A stretch of 64,000 nucleotides of DNA. It comes from Lobosporangium transversale (taxonomy: Eukaryota). Every line of letters starts with the position of its first letter. Position 1 is the first letter of the stretch. Below are positions 48,880 to 61,486 of this stretch, in pieces. Both the position numbers and the translations under genes were made by a program. Below the pieces are notes generated by a model. It had not been told where the DNA came from. It made no database searches and was given only the letters and a program-made list of their open reading frames with translations. Location: the NCBI RefSeq assembly GCF_002105155.1, contig NW_019029022.1, positions 248,001 through 312,000 on the forward strand, read 5' to 3'.

Positions 48880-49267
48880 CAAGGATTGACGCACTATGGA
48901 TGCTGACTTACTATTTTTATTTTATTTTTTTATACTCAAGATTGATGATTTAGAAGATCTGTCCACGGTCATTGTAGGGTCGCGTGGCCGAGGCGCTATT
49001 AAAGGGTAAGCTGAGATATCCTATAATGTTTTCACCTGAGCATAAAAACAAAATACTAAGAATAACCACTTTCTCGATAACAGACTGCTTCTAGGATCCA
49101 TTAGTAACTTCTTGGTCCACAACTCATCTGTTCCTGTGATGGTGGTCAGGGCACCCAAGAAGTCCAAGGGCAAGAAGAAATCCAGAAGGAGTCACATTCC
49201 AGAGCAACTAAGGAGTGTCAAAGAGGCCAATCTCAAGTACCAACAAGCTTTTGCAGATGACTGTTAA
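47632..49267 (+). CDS. Universal stress protein (USP) domain protein with long acidic N-terminus, 4 exons
   Basis: YMVATDLSGESWHATEW..TILRNGD, then spliced VIVGSRGRGAIKGLLLGSISNFLVHNSSVPVMVVR (classic USP motif). Stop TAA at 49265-49267. Confidence 0.9.
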
Positions 49268-49522
49268 GAAGCCCAGTTTAAAGTATTTTCCGTGATATTG
49301 AACCTAAGAATAAAGGACTTTGGATACCACGTACAATTTTTTTTATAGACGTCAAATGTGGGCTATACATACCGACAGTCACTGCAGGGGTCGGGAACAA
49401 ATGTTGCTGAAACGGCCAATTTGCTTTTCGCACATCTTTCTTTTTCTTTTCTTCCTTTCAGTTTAATTAATATACACTTCATCTCTCATTGTCATCCCTG
49501 GGATTCCAGCCATGCCCCAGCG

Positions 49523-49744
49523 ATGAATTCTCAGGATGCACTTTTAGACGACATTCATACTGACCTTCTTGGACGCAACGATTCGCCTGCTTCACTTGCT
49601 TCATCTGGTGCAGCTTGTAACTTCGATGGTGTCTATACAAAAAGGATTCTTTTGACAGGAGGAGCAGGGTTTATGTGAGTGTAGAGAGATACTTATTTCC
49701 TTTATGATGAGGTTTCCTCGTCATTCTCTCATTCTCTCATTCTC

Positions 49745-49778
<34 letters not shown>

Positions 49779-50417
49779 CAGTTGAGGTGATACGGGTTAC
49801 AATATGAAAACTAATGACATTTGACACTATTTCTAGAGGCTCTGCTCTTGTCAGGAAACTGGTCCTTAACTACCCGGAGTACTTTGTTCTTGTACTCGAC
49901 AAGTTGGATTATTGTAGTTCTCTCAACAATCTTTATCCTTTCCTTCCCCCTGGATCCCATCCAAGGCACCCATCTTCCAGTACAATAGATGAGCTATTGA
50001 ACGTCAAGACTACATTATCAACAGCATCAGCTCAAGGAGCCATAAAAATGACAGAGAATAGTGGTCGTACAAGCTTGAAACCATATCCAAACTTCAAATT
50101 TATCCATGGGGACATAACCGATCTGGACACAGTACAGAATGCTATGATGGAGTATCAAATTGATACAGTCATTCATATGGCCGCACAGACACATGTAGAC
50201 AAGTCGTTTGGAGAGTCTATCGATTTCACTACGAATAACGTCTTGGGGACCCATGTTATGCTCGAGGCTACTCGCAAAGTGTTTTGTCCTCCTGTTCGTG
50301 GAGGCGATGGAAAATCAATTAATACTGTCAAGTCAATAGATAGCATGAAGCGATTTATTTTTGTATCCACGGATGAAGTCTACGGAGCCGTTCCGTTTGG
50401 TCTGGTAAAGTATGACG

Positions 50418-50450
<33 letters not shown>

Positions 50451-51613
50451 CGCTTGCTTTACTTCTCTTTTGGTATGATTCTAACTTTAAATATCTATTA
50501 ACATTACTTCTTATAGCCCGATGCTAAAGAAGACGCTCCATTGGCGCCTTCCAACCCATATTCTGCGACCAAAGCAGCAGCAGAATGTATGGTTCAGGCG
50601 TATCACAAATCATTTCGTATTCCTGTGATCATTACCCGAAGCAATAATATTTATGGACCTTTTCAGTATCCAGAAAAGATATTTCCAAAGTTCATCATGA
50701 GTCTCGTTGATGGCAACAACATCAATAATGGCCTTAGTCATAGCTACATTAGCGGCGCCAATAATATCAGCAATGGTAGTAGTGGTTCTCATGATCACGA
50801 TAACAAAAGCAACAGCAACGGCAAGCGATATAGCCATAGTGGTGGAGGATACTGTTATATCCATGGGTCTGGACGGCACTCTAGGACATATTTATATGTG
50901 ACCGATGTGGCCAATGCATTGGACGTGATCTTGCACCGTGGTGAGATTGGGCAAGTGTACAACATTGGAGGTGGACATGAAACCTGCAATCTGGAGCTCG
51001 CTCAGGATTTGATCCATCGCTTGATAATCCGGACTCCCGATCGCTCGAAGGACAGCATCATTTCAGGTAGCAACAACGATATTCTGAACCAATCGCAATT
51101 ACCTGAAATTGGAGAAGGATTAGTGGGAGTTGAAGGGCGTAGTCGGGACTATTCAGGCCCTAGACAAGACGAAGTTGTTCAGCATTTGAAGGAATGCAAA
51201 GAGTGCTCTGATAGGATTGTTTTTGTTGAAGATCGTGTTTTTAATGATGTTCGGTACGCTGTTGATGTCAGCAAGCTTATCAGTCTAGGATGGTCTCCTA
51301 AAGTACCATTCGAAATTGGGATTAGAAAAACAAGTAAGCTTTCTACTACTACCTCTATTGTTATTATTACTTTTATGCAGAGCCTTTGGTTATTTTACTA
51401 AGTAGTATTCTTTTCTCCATTAATTAATCTTCTACTTTTAGTTGCATGGTTTAAGGAGCATGGTCGTACGTGGTGGGGAGATATTCATCGAGCTCTTTAT
51501 CCTCATTCTGTCAAGCTCTCCGCTGAAGAATCAACAACAACATCAGCTATGCCATCACCTTTACTAACCTCTAAACATCTTTTGGATTCTCAAATTGATC
51601 AAGAAGCTTCTGG

Positions 51614-51617
<4 letters not shown>
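49523..51617 (+). CDS. NDP-glucose 4,6-dehydratase (TGDS / RHM N-terminal / RmlB family), 4 exons
   Basis: TGGAGFIGS, VLDKLDYCSSLNNL, HMAAQTHVD.SF, VSTDEVYG, YSATK, RSNNIYGP.QYPEK, DRVFNDVRY, WWGDI..AL.PH. Confidence 0.93.
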
Positions 51618-51648
<31 letters not shown>

Positions 51649-51797
51649 ATCGAGAAATAGCTATAAAAGTATATATTGTATCATTTTCTATAGAAGCTGA
51701 AGTGAATGAGATAGTGTATAAAGATACCTGACGATTAATGACAAATGAAGCCACGCAAGTTTGAATGTCCTTTTGTTTGTCTTGCTCTGAGCACTAC

Positions 51798-52004
51798 TTA
51801 ATCCTGCTTCTTGGCCAGTTTGGCTTGTTTTTCTGCGTGCTCAGCCTTGCCAACTCGAACAATCCACATGATACAGAAGGCCAAGACAGAGCCGATGACG
51901 ATGAGACAAATGGTTATTGTTCCTAGGATCCTGAATATAGATACTTCGTCAGTCTGAGCTTGATGTGGAGAAGAATAGGCGTACTTTTCAGAGACGGTAT
52001 TCAT
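51798..52004 (-). CDS. Small single-pass membrane protein (68 aa), hypothetical
   Basis: ATG at 52004. Hydrophobic segment IFRILGTITICLIVIGSVLAFCIMWIV followed by a basic tail. Pyrimidine-rich and A-rich leader upstream. Confidence 0.45.
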   Translation of the reverse strand: MNTVSEKYAYSSPHQAQTDEVSIFRILGTITICLIVIGSVLAFCIMWIVRVGKAEHAEKQAKLAKKQD

Positions 52005-52014
52005 GATAGAATGA

Positions 52015-52045
<31 letters not shown>

Positions 52046-53037
52046 CGTATTTCTTGGTATTGTCCTGTCGATATCTTGAATTCTGATGCTGAAATACCTG
52101 TCCACGAGAGAGGAAAGAAATGGAGAAATGAAAAATGCAAAAGAAAAGAAAAGAGAGAAAAAGAGAATGTGGCAAATAAAGTAAGGAAAGTGTTGCCCAA
52201 CCAACGCTTACTGCTTGTGCACGTTGTCACCGCTACCGCCAATTAAAATGAGACTCGGAATCAGTTGTAATCGCCCTGCTTTGATTGTCAGCACTGTATC
52301 CGTCAATATTAATGACATGCTCCAAGTGCTTGATGACGATGACTTTGCCTTTGCCTTTGCTGACCTAGACCCTCATCGCCATTTCATTCGCAGTGCACGC
52401 AAATCAAATAGATTTCTATTTTATTTATTTTGTTTTATTTCAAAAATGGAATCCTCATATTTCACAGGAGACAACCGATCATGGTACTTGAGACTCAGCG
52501 AGCTTTAGTTTAGGCAAGCCCCCTTTCCTAACCAGCGTACCAAAAAAACAGCAACAACAGGATCGAGTAAAGCAAAAAGGCTCGAGAATGTTGAACACTA
52601 GGCTTGGCAGCTCTACATAACCACAATTCTTGCCAAGATAAAAAATCCACAAAGAGAGAACAAAAAAAAAGAGAAAAGAAAACAGTCGACGAAAGAGCCT
52701 CGGATGGATACTCTCTTGAACGATTGGACTAAACCCAAATAGACGGGAAGTGCACTTATTCCTCTTTCTTTTTTTCTGCTCCCTGCCAGCGCCCCCAATC
52801 CTCCCTTCTCTCCTTTTAAACTGTAATCTTTTGCAAGTAGTTGTGTTTTTTCGTTTTTTTTTTGTTTTTTTTTTTTTGTTTTTTTTTTTTTTTTGTTTTA
52901 AGTTTTTTGCGGGCGGTATATGCTGAGGGTGCTGTGCATTTCTGGAGGCTTTCTTCCTTTTTTTTTTTTTTTCCCGCAGTCAGGTGCCAGATAAAAGGTT
53001 GGGAGAATATCCTGGTATGACTCCTTATCAACAGCTA

Positions 53038-55874
53038 TTAATACTGTGTAAAACCCTGGGATTGGAATCCATTGGGTGCAAACGAATCCTGGCTCAGATA
53101 ATCATCCTGCTGAGACTTGTAATCATCCAAATAGCCCATGCTCTCCTGACTCATCAATGAACTCATTCCATGTCCTAAACCATGATGGTTCTGTACGCCA
53201 TGAAGACGATCTGATTGTGAGATACCGATGGATGCCTGTGACGAATATGTATTCTGAGTCAATGGGCGAGAGCTGATGCCGTTATTATTGTTGTTGTTAC
53301 TCAAACCAGCCAATTTGCCACTCTTGCGGCCTCCAGCATAAGAAGACTGGGACAAATCTTGAGTGAACGGAGCCTGTGATCCAACATTAGGCTGGCCGGT
53401 GTTACTGTTGTATCGAGAAGAGCTACTCGAGTATTCCGATACATATTGGCTGTTGCCCCGGCGTGCTAAGCAATTTTTAAAATAAACCCGTGTCAGCTTT
53501 ACATTTAGTAACAATCAAACTGTGTCCAAATTAAAAAAACATGCAGTTCATACCTGTACTTGCCAAGGGAGGTCGCGCAAACACCTCTCGAGCATCGACA
53601 GCATGGGCTTGACCATTAAGAAATCGCTCATCTGGATTGTATGCCTTACGTGGTTTGCTGAACTGAATCATACTGATCTTCAAATTGTTCAATGGTCCTT
53701 CTACTAGGCAGTCAAGTTCTTTGTAATGGACGAGCAAATGATGCCAAAGTGGATGCTATTATTTCACATAAAACAGTGTTAATATAAAACAAATTCCTCC
53801 ATATTGGTCATGACCCGACGTTAATCCTACTTAAGAAAAGAAAAGAAAAGAAAAGAAACTACAAGCGGTGATTGTTTACCTTGCTGAGAACCTTGGGATT
53901 ACCTAAAATAACTAGACCATACCGTGCACGTGTGAGAGCGACATTTAACCGACGAGGATCATTCAAGAAACCGATACCCTGATGCTCGTTACTGCGAACA
54001 CAGCTGACAATAATATAGTCTTTTTCTCGCCCTTGGAAAGCATCAACACTAGCAACCTCAATTTCTTTATAGAGCTCTTTGCGCATAGAGCCGTTAAAAC
54101 CCATGTAGTTCACCAAATAAGAACGTTGGCCTTCATATGGTGTAATAATTCCAATCTGCTGAGGTAGGATACCAGATTTGAGAAACTTGGTAACAACCTT
54201 TTCACAGTTGGAAGCCTCTGTACGGTTAAGATATGATGTTCCTGAAGATGAAATCTCTTCCTGACCAAGACACGAGTAGAAGAACATGGGTGACTCTGCT
54301 ACAGGCCATGGAAAGTCCACATGCTTCCTTAAACGCTCTGCGGTGGTGACACCATTCTGAAGTGATCCTTCATAAAACATATTGCTAGGATATTCGGAAA
54401 GACATGGATGCATACGATATTGAACCTGAAGACGAATCGGGTGCAGACCCAAGATAATCAGACGCTCGAAAAGTGATTGGCAAAGGCCTGCTCTAGCAGC
54501 CTTCTTATTCATGATGACAGGGCCGAGTTGCTGATGATCACCCACGAGAACAGCCTGCTTTGCTCCCAAAACAAGAGGGATCATGCACTCAGGCTCGGTC
54601 GCTTGAGTTGCCTCATCAATCAGCACTGTCCTGAACTTGAGTTTCGACAAACGAGGGTCTCCAGCACCGACACAGGTGCACAAAATGACGTCAGCGTTCT
54701 AAATAGGATGATAGAGTATTCGAATTTAGGCTCGTATAAAAATGCTTTGACCAAGCGGTTGACCATATTCAATTTTTTTTAACTTACGCTCAAAATCTCA
54801 CGTTCGCACTGTTTCTTCAATGCCTTATACTTCTTCTCATCACTACTACTCAATTCACCTTGCTCGTTCTTGAGTTGGATAAGTTTTTGAAGCTCAGGGT
54901 TTGTGTCGTTATTAATAACTTGCTCGTGTAAAGTAAGTGCCTTGACAGGCGAATCCAGAGCCTCACGCGATTTTGCAGTCATGCGTACTACTTTAAGTCG
55001 CGTTGCATTGATTTTTTCGGTTAACTGATCGACAGCCACGTTACTAGGTGCGCAAACTAAGACTTGACCCATATTCATCTTGGCAAGATGATACACCAAT
55101 GAAGCTGAAGTAACCGTTTTTCCAGTGCCTGGGGGGCCTTGAATAAGACTGAGAGGCTTCTGAAGGACACTCTTTACAGCAAATACTTGCGAATGGTTGA
55201 GCTCAGGTAGATTAGGTGCAGAGAACCGTTTAGGCATTTGAGTTTTCAAGATCTGAGACTCTACTTCATGTCCTAAGAGTCGATGGTAAATATAACCGCT
55301 CACAGAAGATTCATCTACCGCAAAAGTCTTCATAGCCAGTTGCATGCGGTCAAAGCTAGTCGATTTCCACACAAAGTCTACTGAAAAATTATGGTTGATC
55401 TCCACTGGTGTATCATCACTTCTTCGTAGCTCAAGTCCTACATCATCACTGACATCTAAAAAAAAAGAAAAGAAAAGTGAGAATGCATTCAGATATTCGG
55501 TATTAACATTATTGTTAATGCTTGAAAGGATCAGAGCTCACATACTATTGGGCAGCTTGATGACGTGACCAGTACATTCCCAAGGCTTGCGCAATTCACC
55601 ATTGTATCGGAGACGAAGTTCATCCCCGACAGCCAGACGTAATTCCTCGAATTTTGCAAACGCGAACCAGGCAACGCGTTTTTGATTCAACCCCATATCC
55701 CACGTAACAGTGATGCCGTCCTGTGTCTGTGATTCCTTAAGCCTTTTATCATAATCAGCCTCCATCTTGACAAGAGGTCCGAAAATATTTTGATATTGAT
55801 ATGCATCCTCATATCTATGATAGAAAAATGCTAGATTTAGTATTATTGCTACCGTAGATTACTTGGTTCAAAAA

Positions 55875-55905
<31 letters not shown>

Positions 55906-57055
55906 TAAAATAAAAAACTGCACAATCAATGATAGGCTATATAAAATTGTATATACCAACCTTGTCAAGACTGACTGCGGTTCGTCATCCGCTCCTGGTC
56001 GTTCAAGATCCTCCAAAGTAGCGTTCGGATTTTCTCTCCAGAGATCCTCAAGCTTTGTAATTTGCATTGCAGTAATCTGACGTGCTCGAAGTTGTTCCTG
56101 CTCTGGTGGAATCTTGACGAGCCATGATAAAAAGCACCTGTCATCAATCAAAGGAAGCCATTGGGATGTATCCCAATTCATATCCTTGCTGCTTGGCATG
56201 GAGGCGCATGGTTGACTAAATCCAGCAGGTGGAAATTTTAGACAAGAAAATGATTTTAGCTGTAAATTTCTACAGCATCTACAATATTGCTCATAAGTCA
56301 GGTATAAGAAAAGAAGGCTTACCGACAGAGTAAGACTACAACAGTATCGCTTTTGGCGGGAATAAAGCCAAGTAAAAATACGTTTTTGCATCCGCAGTTA
56401 TAGCATTCGAGCGTGGTCTCTCCCAAGGGTGACAAGGCGTGTAGCACGACCTCCTTGTGCTTGGCACGAACGAGATGATTAATGATATGTGAGCCAGAAG
56501 TGTTTCCACGTGAGTTGCAAAACCACTTTTTACATGTTTCACACTTGACAACAGAAGCAGGCGAGTGGATGCCGCAATATCTATTCAGAGGAGGACATAT
56601 TATATAGTACCATGTTATTAATCCATGATATAGCAGCCAATGTTCCTTGAAGATAGACGTTGTGCCAACAAAAACAAAAAAAACAAAAAACAAAAAAAAA
56701 GTAAAGAAAAGTAAAGAATAACTACGTACTTGCATGCATGAGGGGGGAGTTCGGTCAGTGCCAAAGGCTGATCACCTCCATCTTGTTCGTCCACTTCTTC
56801 AGCGCCCTTATGTTCTCCGTTCCCAGGACTATCATCATGTCTGCCAAGTTCGGATTGAGATTGAGGTCCACCACTCAAAGAAAGGTTCATAAAATTTAAA
56901 TCGTCTTGAGTACCATCATTGTGTTGAGTCTGTGAGGCCATGCCATAGTCGTTATACTCGTATTGTGAGTCTTGAGTACCTGCTTCGAATTCAAGGTAGT
57001 CGAAGCCACCATCCTCGTCGCCTCCTTGCGACATGGCATAGTCTGGGTAAGACAT
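53038..57055 (-). CDS. UPF1: NMD RNA helicase Upf1/Nam7, 8 exons
   Basis: CH domain [28 protein letters not shown]. Helicase motifs [41 protein letters not shown] and [12 protein letters not shown]-rich C-terminal tail. Confidence 0.97.
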
Positions 57056-57680
57056 GCTGCCTATGAGTGTCTATAAGATTTGTGTAAAATGAATGAATCT
57101 ATTGAAAGGGCAACAGGATGAGGCATGGTGGGCTATCACTTGAGTTCTTAAATATTTTATTTCTTTCCCAGAAAGGATCAAGCCACTGTTTCCATTATTA
57201 CAACATTTCCTTTTTCCTGATCTTTGGCTCTGTTGTGCCCCAGATCATGCACGATGAGATAGGCGGCTATCGGGTGTGTTACTGGATACAAGGTGGTCTT
57301 GGACTGGGCTTTACATCCTCCTCTATCCATATCTCTGTCTTGGTTGAAAAAAGCCATACTGCTTTGCCATAAGCGTAGATTCTTGGCATGTCCCTAGATC
57401 TTGAGCTCCTTCCGCAGCCTAGGAGGCTTACCTTACTCTTTATCAATTGGAAGAGTCTCCATGGTCTTTTGAGCTTTGAATGTACCGATTTTAGCCTTCT
57501 CGGTGTGCTCTATGACTGTTTGACGCAATTTTTGAATGCAGACTTGCAGCCGCAGCACATTTAAAACTAAAAACAATTAGTGTAACTAAATAAAGACGTT
57601 GGGCCTGTCTCTTTTTTTCTTTTCTTCTTTCATTTCTTTTTCACGTCTGGCAATTCAATCCTCTCTACATTTCATGAGCC

Positions 57681-60067
57681 ATGTTCAAAAAACCTGTTGC
57701 CTCGCTCAAGTCATTCTCGCCTCTACGCTCTAGCGACAGACGTCGCCTCAGAGATGAAATACTTGCCAATTTTCCTTCTTTGCGAGAGATGCCTCCTATT
57801 AATGACACACCTATCAATGCCATCATCGCCCCAGAAGGCCTGCAGTCTGCAAAGTTCACCTCCTATATTGAAGAACCTGGGACACTCTACACTGATGCGG
57901 AAGGGACGCCATTGTGGTTTAAAATTTCCGGCAACAGCAGTAACAAGAAGGATTCTTTAATTGTTCCTACAGGTAAAAGAATAAAAAAAATCTTTTATTT
58001 AGCTTATCGGTAATTATACAAGAAATAGAAGAGAGCTTAGTAAGAGGCCATCATTGTTTTACTATTACCGTTATTTAGTCTACATGCTTTGGCAACTACC
58101 CAACCTGATTCCTGCTCTTACGACATGGAATCCTGTTGTGGATAAGCTTCGCAATGGTGCCGATCTAATGATCCCAGGAGTAATAACTACCCATGGCGTA
58201 CATGTTCCTGATCTGGAAGAAGGCGCACTTGTCACTATCCTTGCCCGAGGAAACAAATATCCGCTCGCCATTGGAACTATGGCTCTTTCTGGTCAAGAGA
58301 TCATTTCTTCTAAACACAGTCAATCGCCTAAAGGCAAGGCAGTCCATATTTTGCATGTTCATCAAGATCAACTCTGGGCCATGGGTAACAAACCAGATTT
58401 CCCTGCAGACTATGCAGATACTTCCAAGCCTCCACTTGGTGATGAATATGACGAGGACAGTGATGAAGATAAAGGTGAGAAGCTGGAAGATAGTGTAGAG
58501 GCGAAGGATAATGAGTTGGTACACGAGCTTGAAAACACTTCACTTAGTGATGTTAAAGGGAAAGCACCAGCAAAAGAAAGCAGCGATAGAAACCTCAACA
58601 ACGTCAACGATAATCATTCCGAGGGTGTGACAGAGGTTAGTTCCGGACAACTTGCAGAGCCAACAGGAGAGACCGTTTCTCTTTCAACAGAAGAAGTGGA
58701 CAATTACCTGCATGACGCGTTGCTGCACGTACTCAAGTTTAAGATCACAGAAAGCGTCTCCAAAGAGCTTTTGCCAATGAATGCCTCGACACTTTACTCT
58801 TCATACATCCTTCCGAACCGGGCGCGAGGAAAGGCTGCAGAGGCTGATATCAAAAAATCTAGCTGGAAAAAGCTCGCCAAGTGGCTCAAGGCTGTGGAGA
58901 AACAAGATCTCATCAAGTGCAAAGAAATCAAGGGCGAGATATTCCTCTTGGGAGTGAACTGGAACCATCCCCAGTATGTTTTGGCTCTTTAATATCCACA
59001 AGTATGAGAATATCATAATATTACCATGCAGTATTGTAATGATTAATCTTTTTTTTTTTTTTCTTTGTTCCTAATTGTAATTTGCTTAGGCTAAAAGCTT
59101 TTAGAGGCCACAAAACGGTGGAACAGCAGGCTGCACAACAAGCTAAAGCGGAGGCTCAATCTGCTCAGGCTTCATCTGATATAAAAGCATTGGAAGTATT
59201 GGAAGCTTATCGGCCTAACAGTACCACAGGAGACTTTTTTGAAGCAATTGGTCGCTCAAAAGATGGATATTATGTTCCACATGAGTTGAAAGGTTTCATG
59301 TCAGAATACATCAAGGAAAAACAGTTGTCTGACCCAAAAAATCAAAGGATCATTAGGCCGGACGAAATTCTGAGAGAGGCACTCGCTAAAAAAGGGGAAG
59401 TATTGGATCGACTACCAAGAGATCAGGCAATTGACCGGTATTTTTTTTTTTTTTTTATTATTATTATTATTTTTATCGTCATATTTTTTTACGTTATTTC
59501 ACAATTGAAATGGACAGAAAAAAAAAAAAAAAAAAAAAAAAAACTAACAATGACAAAAAATGAATAAATAAAAAAATGTCGGTAGACTTCTCAACAACAT
59601 GGTACTCCACCATTTTGTTGGATACAAAGATCAAGAGCCACGATTTGTCAAAGGAGGAGTCAAGCCAATCCAAATCACACAGGAGATCCGTACGGGACGT
59701 AAGACTGTAACAAAAGTATCAGGTCTCGAGTATTTCATGATTGACGTGGATATTTTCGGTCATGAGATCCAGGTGCTTTGTGCTAGCAGTGTTTCTAGTA
59801 AGTTGACAACAATCACATCAAAAGCATTACACCCAGCACTTTTTTCTTTTTTTTTGTATTAGATTGTTGGCGTGAAATCGCTAAGAATTTTTTTTTTATA
59901 TGTGTCTGCACTTAGTCAATCCACTTGTTGGTGCATCGCCAAAGTTACATTTGCGTGAAGTCATGGTTCAAGGCCCACAAGTTAAGAACGTCACGGCGGT
60001 ATTGCAGGAGAAAGGCGTACCGAGCAAATATATTGAGTTTCTGGACAAAACATCCAAAAAGAAATAA
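57681..60067 (+). CDS. TMA64: eIF2D / ligatin / Tma64 (PUA, SWIB and SUI1 domains), 5 exons
   Basis: MFKKP....LRSSDRRRLR, VPTVYMLW, GADLMIPG, DIKKSSWKKLAKWLK, SWIB-like DPKNQRIIRPD, SUI1 RTGRKTVTKVSGLE..CASSVS..EVMVQG. Stop at 60065-60067. Confidence 0.93.
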
Positions 60068-60434
60068 ACGCTCAAGGACTTTAGTCTTGATCTGTACCCA
60101 AAAGAAAAAGTAGATGTTTTAATGTGTTGGTAGACGTTGCCAGTTATTCAATATCTTTTTTCTTTTTTCTTTTTTGTTGTTCTTGAACCCCATGTTGATA
60201 GCACAAGATATGAATGTCGTAAAACCTTGCAAAATAAAAATATAAGAGGAAGAAAATACTACGCTCCAAAAACGAGTCGCTGTCTTTTTATTTGTTACAA
60301 AAATGCTGCCTCCGTGTTACTTTTTTTTTCTTTCCTTTTCTTTTCTCCATTTCACTCGCCTTCTCCGTCTCCATGCTAAAAAGTATATATTGTTGGCTAG
60401 TGATAAGAATCCTATGTTGATGTTGTTGCTTTTC

Positions 60435-61218
60435 TTATGCAGTCTCGGAGAGATGGATCAAAGCCTTCTCAAGATCAAAGTTGGGACTATCAGGGTCTGT
60501 GACAACACCTATGAGAAATAATAAAGCATTGTATACCCATTTAATATATCAATTCAAAAAAAAAAAAAAAAAAAAAAAAAACAATGGTAAAGCAATTCTA
60601 ATCGCGTATAAATTAAATAAAAAATAGGTCCTATCGGAATCTTACCTCCAGTAGGGGAGTTCATCCTAACCCATTCAGCTTTAGCCTTAGCAATCAGACG
60701 ATCACGTTGTTCAGCCTTGATTTGTTCGGCGCGCTTGTTCTCCTGAGCAGCGAGGGTGTTATGGTGAACATAGCCGTAGACCAAGCCGGCAGCCAAAGCA
60801 GACCAACGTGCAACCTTAAAATAAAAAAAAAAATACGTTTACAAAGATTAAAAAAAATAGAAATAAAAGAGATAAAGCTTTTTAAATGAAAATCGCATAT
60901 GGTTGGTAGGGGTAGAGAAACAACAAATAATAATAAAAAGGATTCTCCTTGACGTAAAAAACAAATAATGAAGAGAAAAAAGAAAAGATTATAAGGTGTT
61001 CCGAGCGACAGGTAAAATATCCGACTTGAACGCGTTGCATCCGGAGCGGGTTTTTTTTGTCGATCCAATAAAAAAATACATTATCCCGCATGAAATACTA
61101 AATCAGTCCCCGATTAGGCGAGCTGATCAAACAAAGGAAACTAGAATAGATAGTATCTGGAAATTGCAGTGAGATTACATACGTTGCGAACAGGGTTAAC
61201 AGCAGCAGGGGCAGACAT
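60435..61218 (-). CDS. ATP21: Mitochondrial ATP synthase subunit e, 3 exons
   Basis: Spliced MSAPAAVNPVRN|VARWSALAAGLVYGYVHHNTL...LIAKAKAEW...G|VVTDPDSPNFDLEKAL shows the GxxxG transmembrane helix and fungal TDP..P.FDLE tail. Confidence 0.9.
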
Positions 61219-61359
61219 AATGAATGTTGTACAGCTAAATGAAGCGAGTGAGGAGGGGAGAGAGAATTGAAATTTAAAAAAAATAGTGAGAGGTAATGGA
61301 AGGGGATGATATTCAGTTTGTTGATGGCCACTTGTTTTTTTCCCGGGAGCAGATTTGTA

Positions 61360-61400
61360 TCACGTGAATTGAGAATTTATTTTTTGTTTGCGTACGTGAC
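61360..61400. promoter_or_regulatory. TCACGTGA plus TACGTGAC in the 268-bp divergent ATP21/CCDC137 promoter
   Basis: Perfect palindrome at 61360-61367 and a variant at 61393-61400. Confidence 0.5.
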
Positions 61401-61486
61401 TGCTTCCAATCAGGATACAATACACTCACTTTTTTTTTTTTTTTTTTTTTTTTTTTTCAGCATTCAACCACATTTTTAAAAAAACC

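Noticed and set aside
51615..51646. Poly(A) after stop codons suggesting processed retrocopies (also 15064-15092)
   Set aside because: Both genes retain multiple introns, and similar A-runs are ubiquitous in the window.
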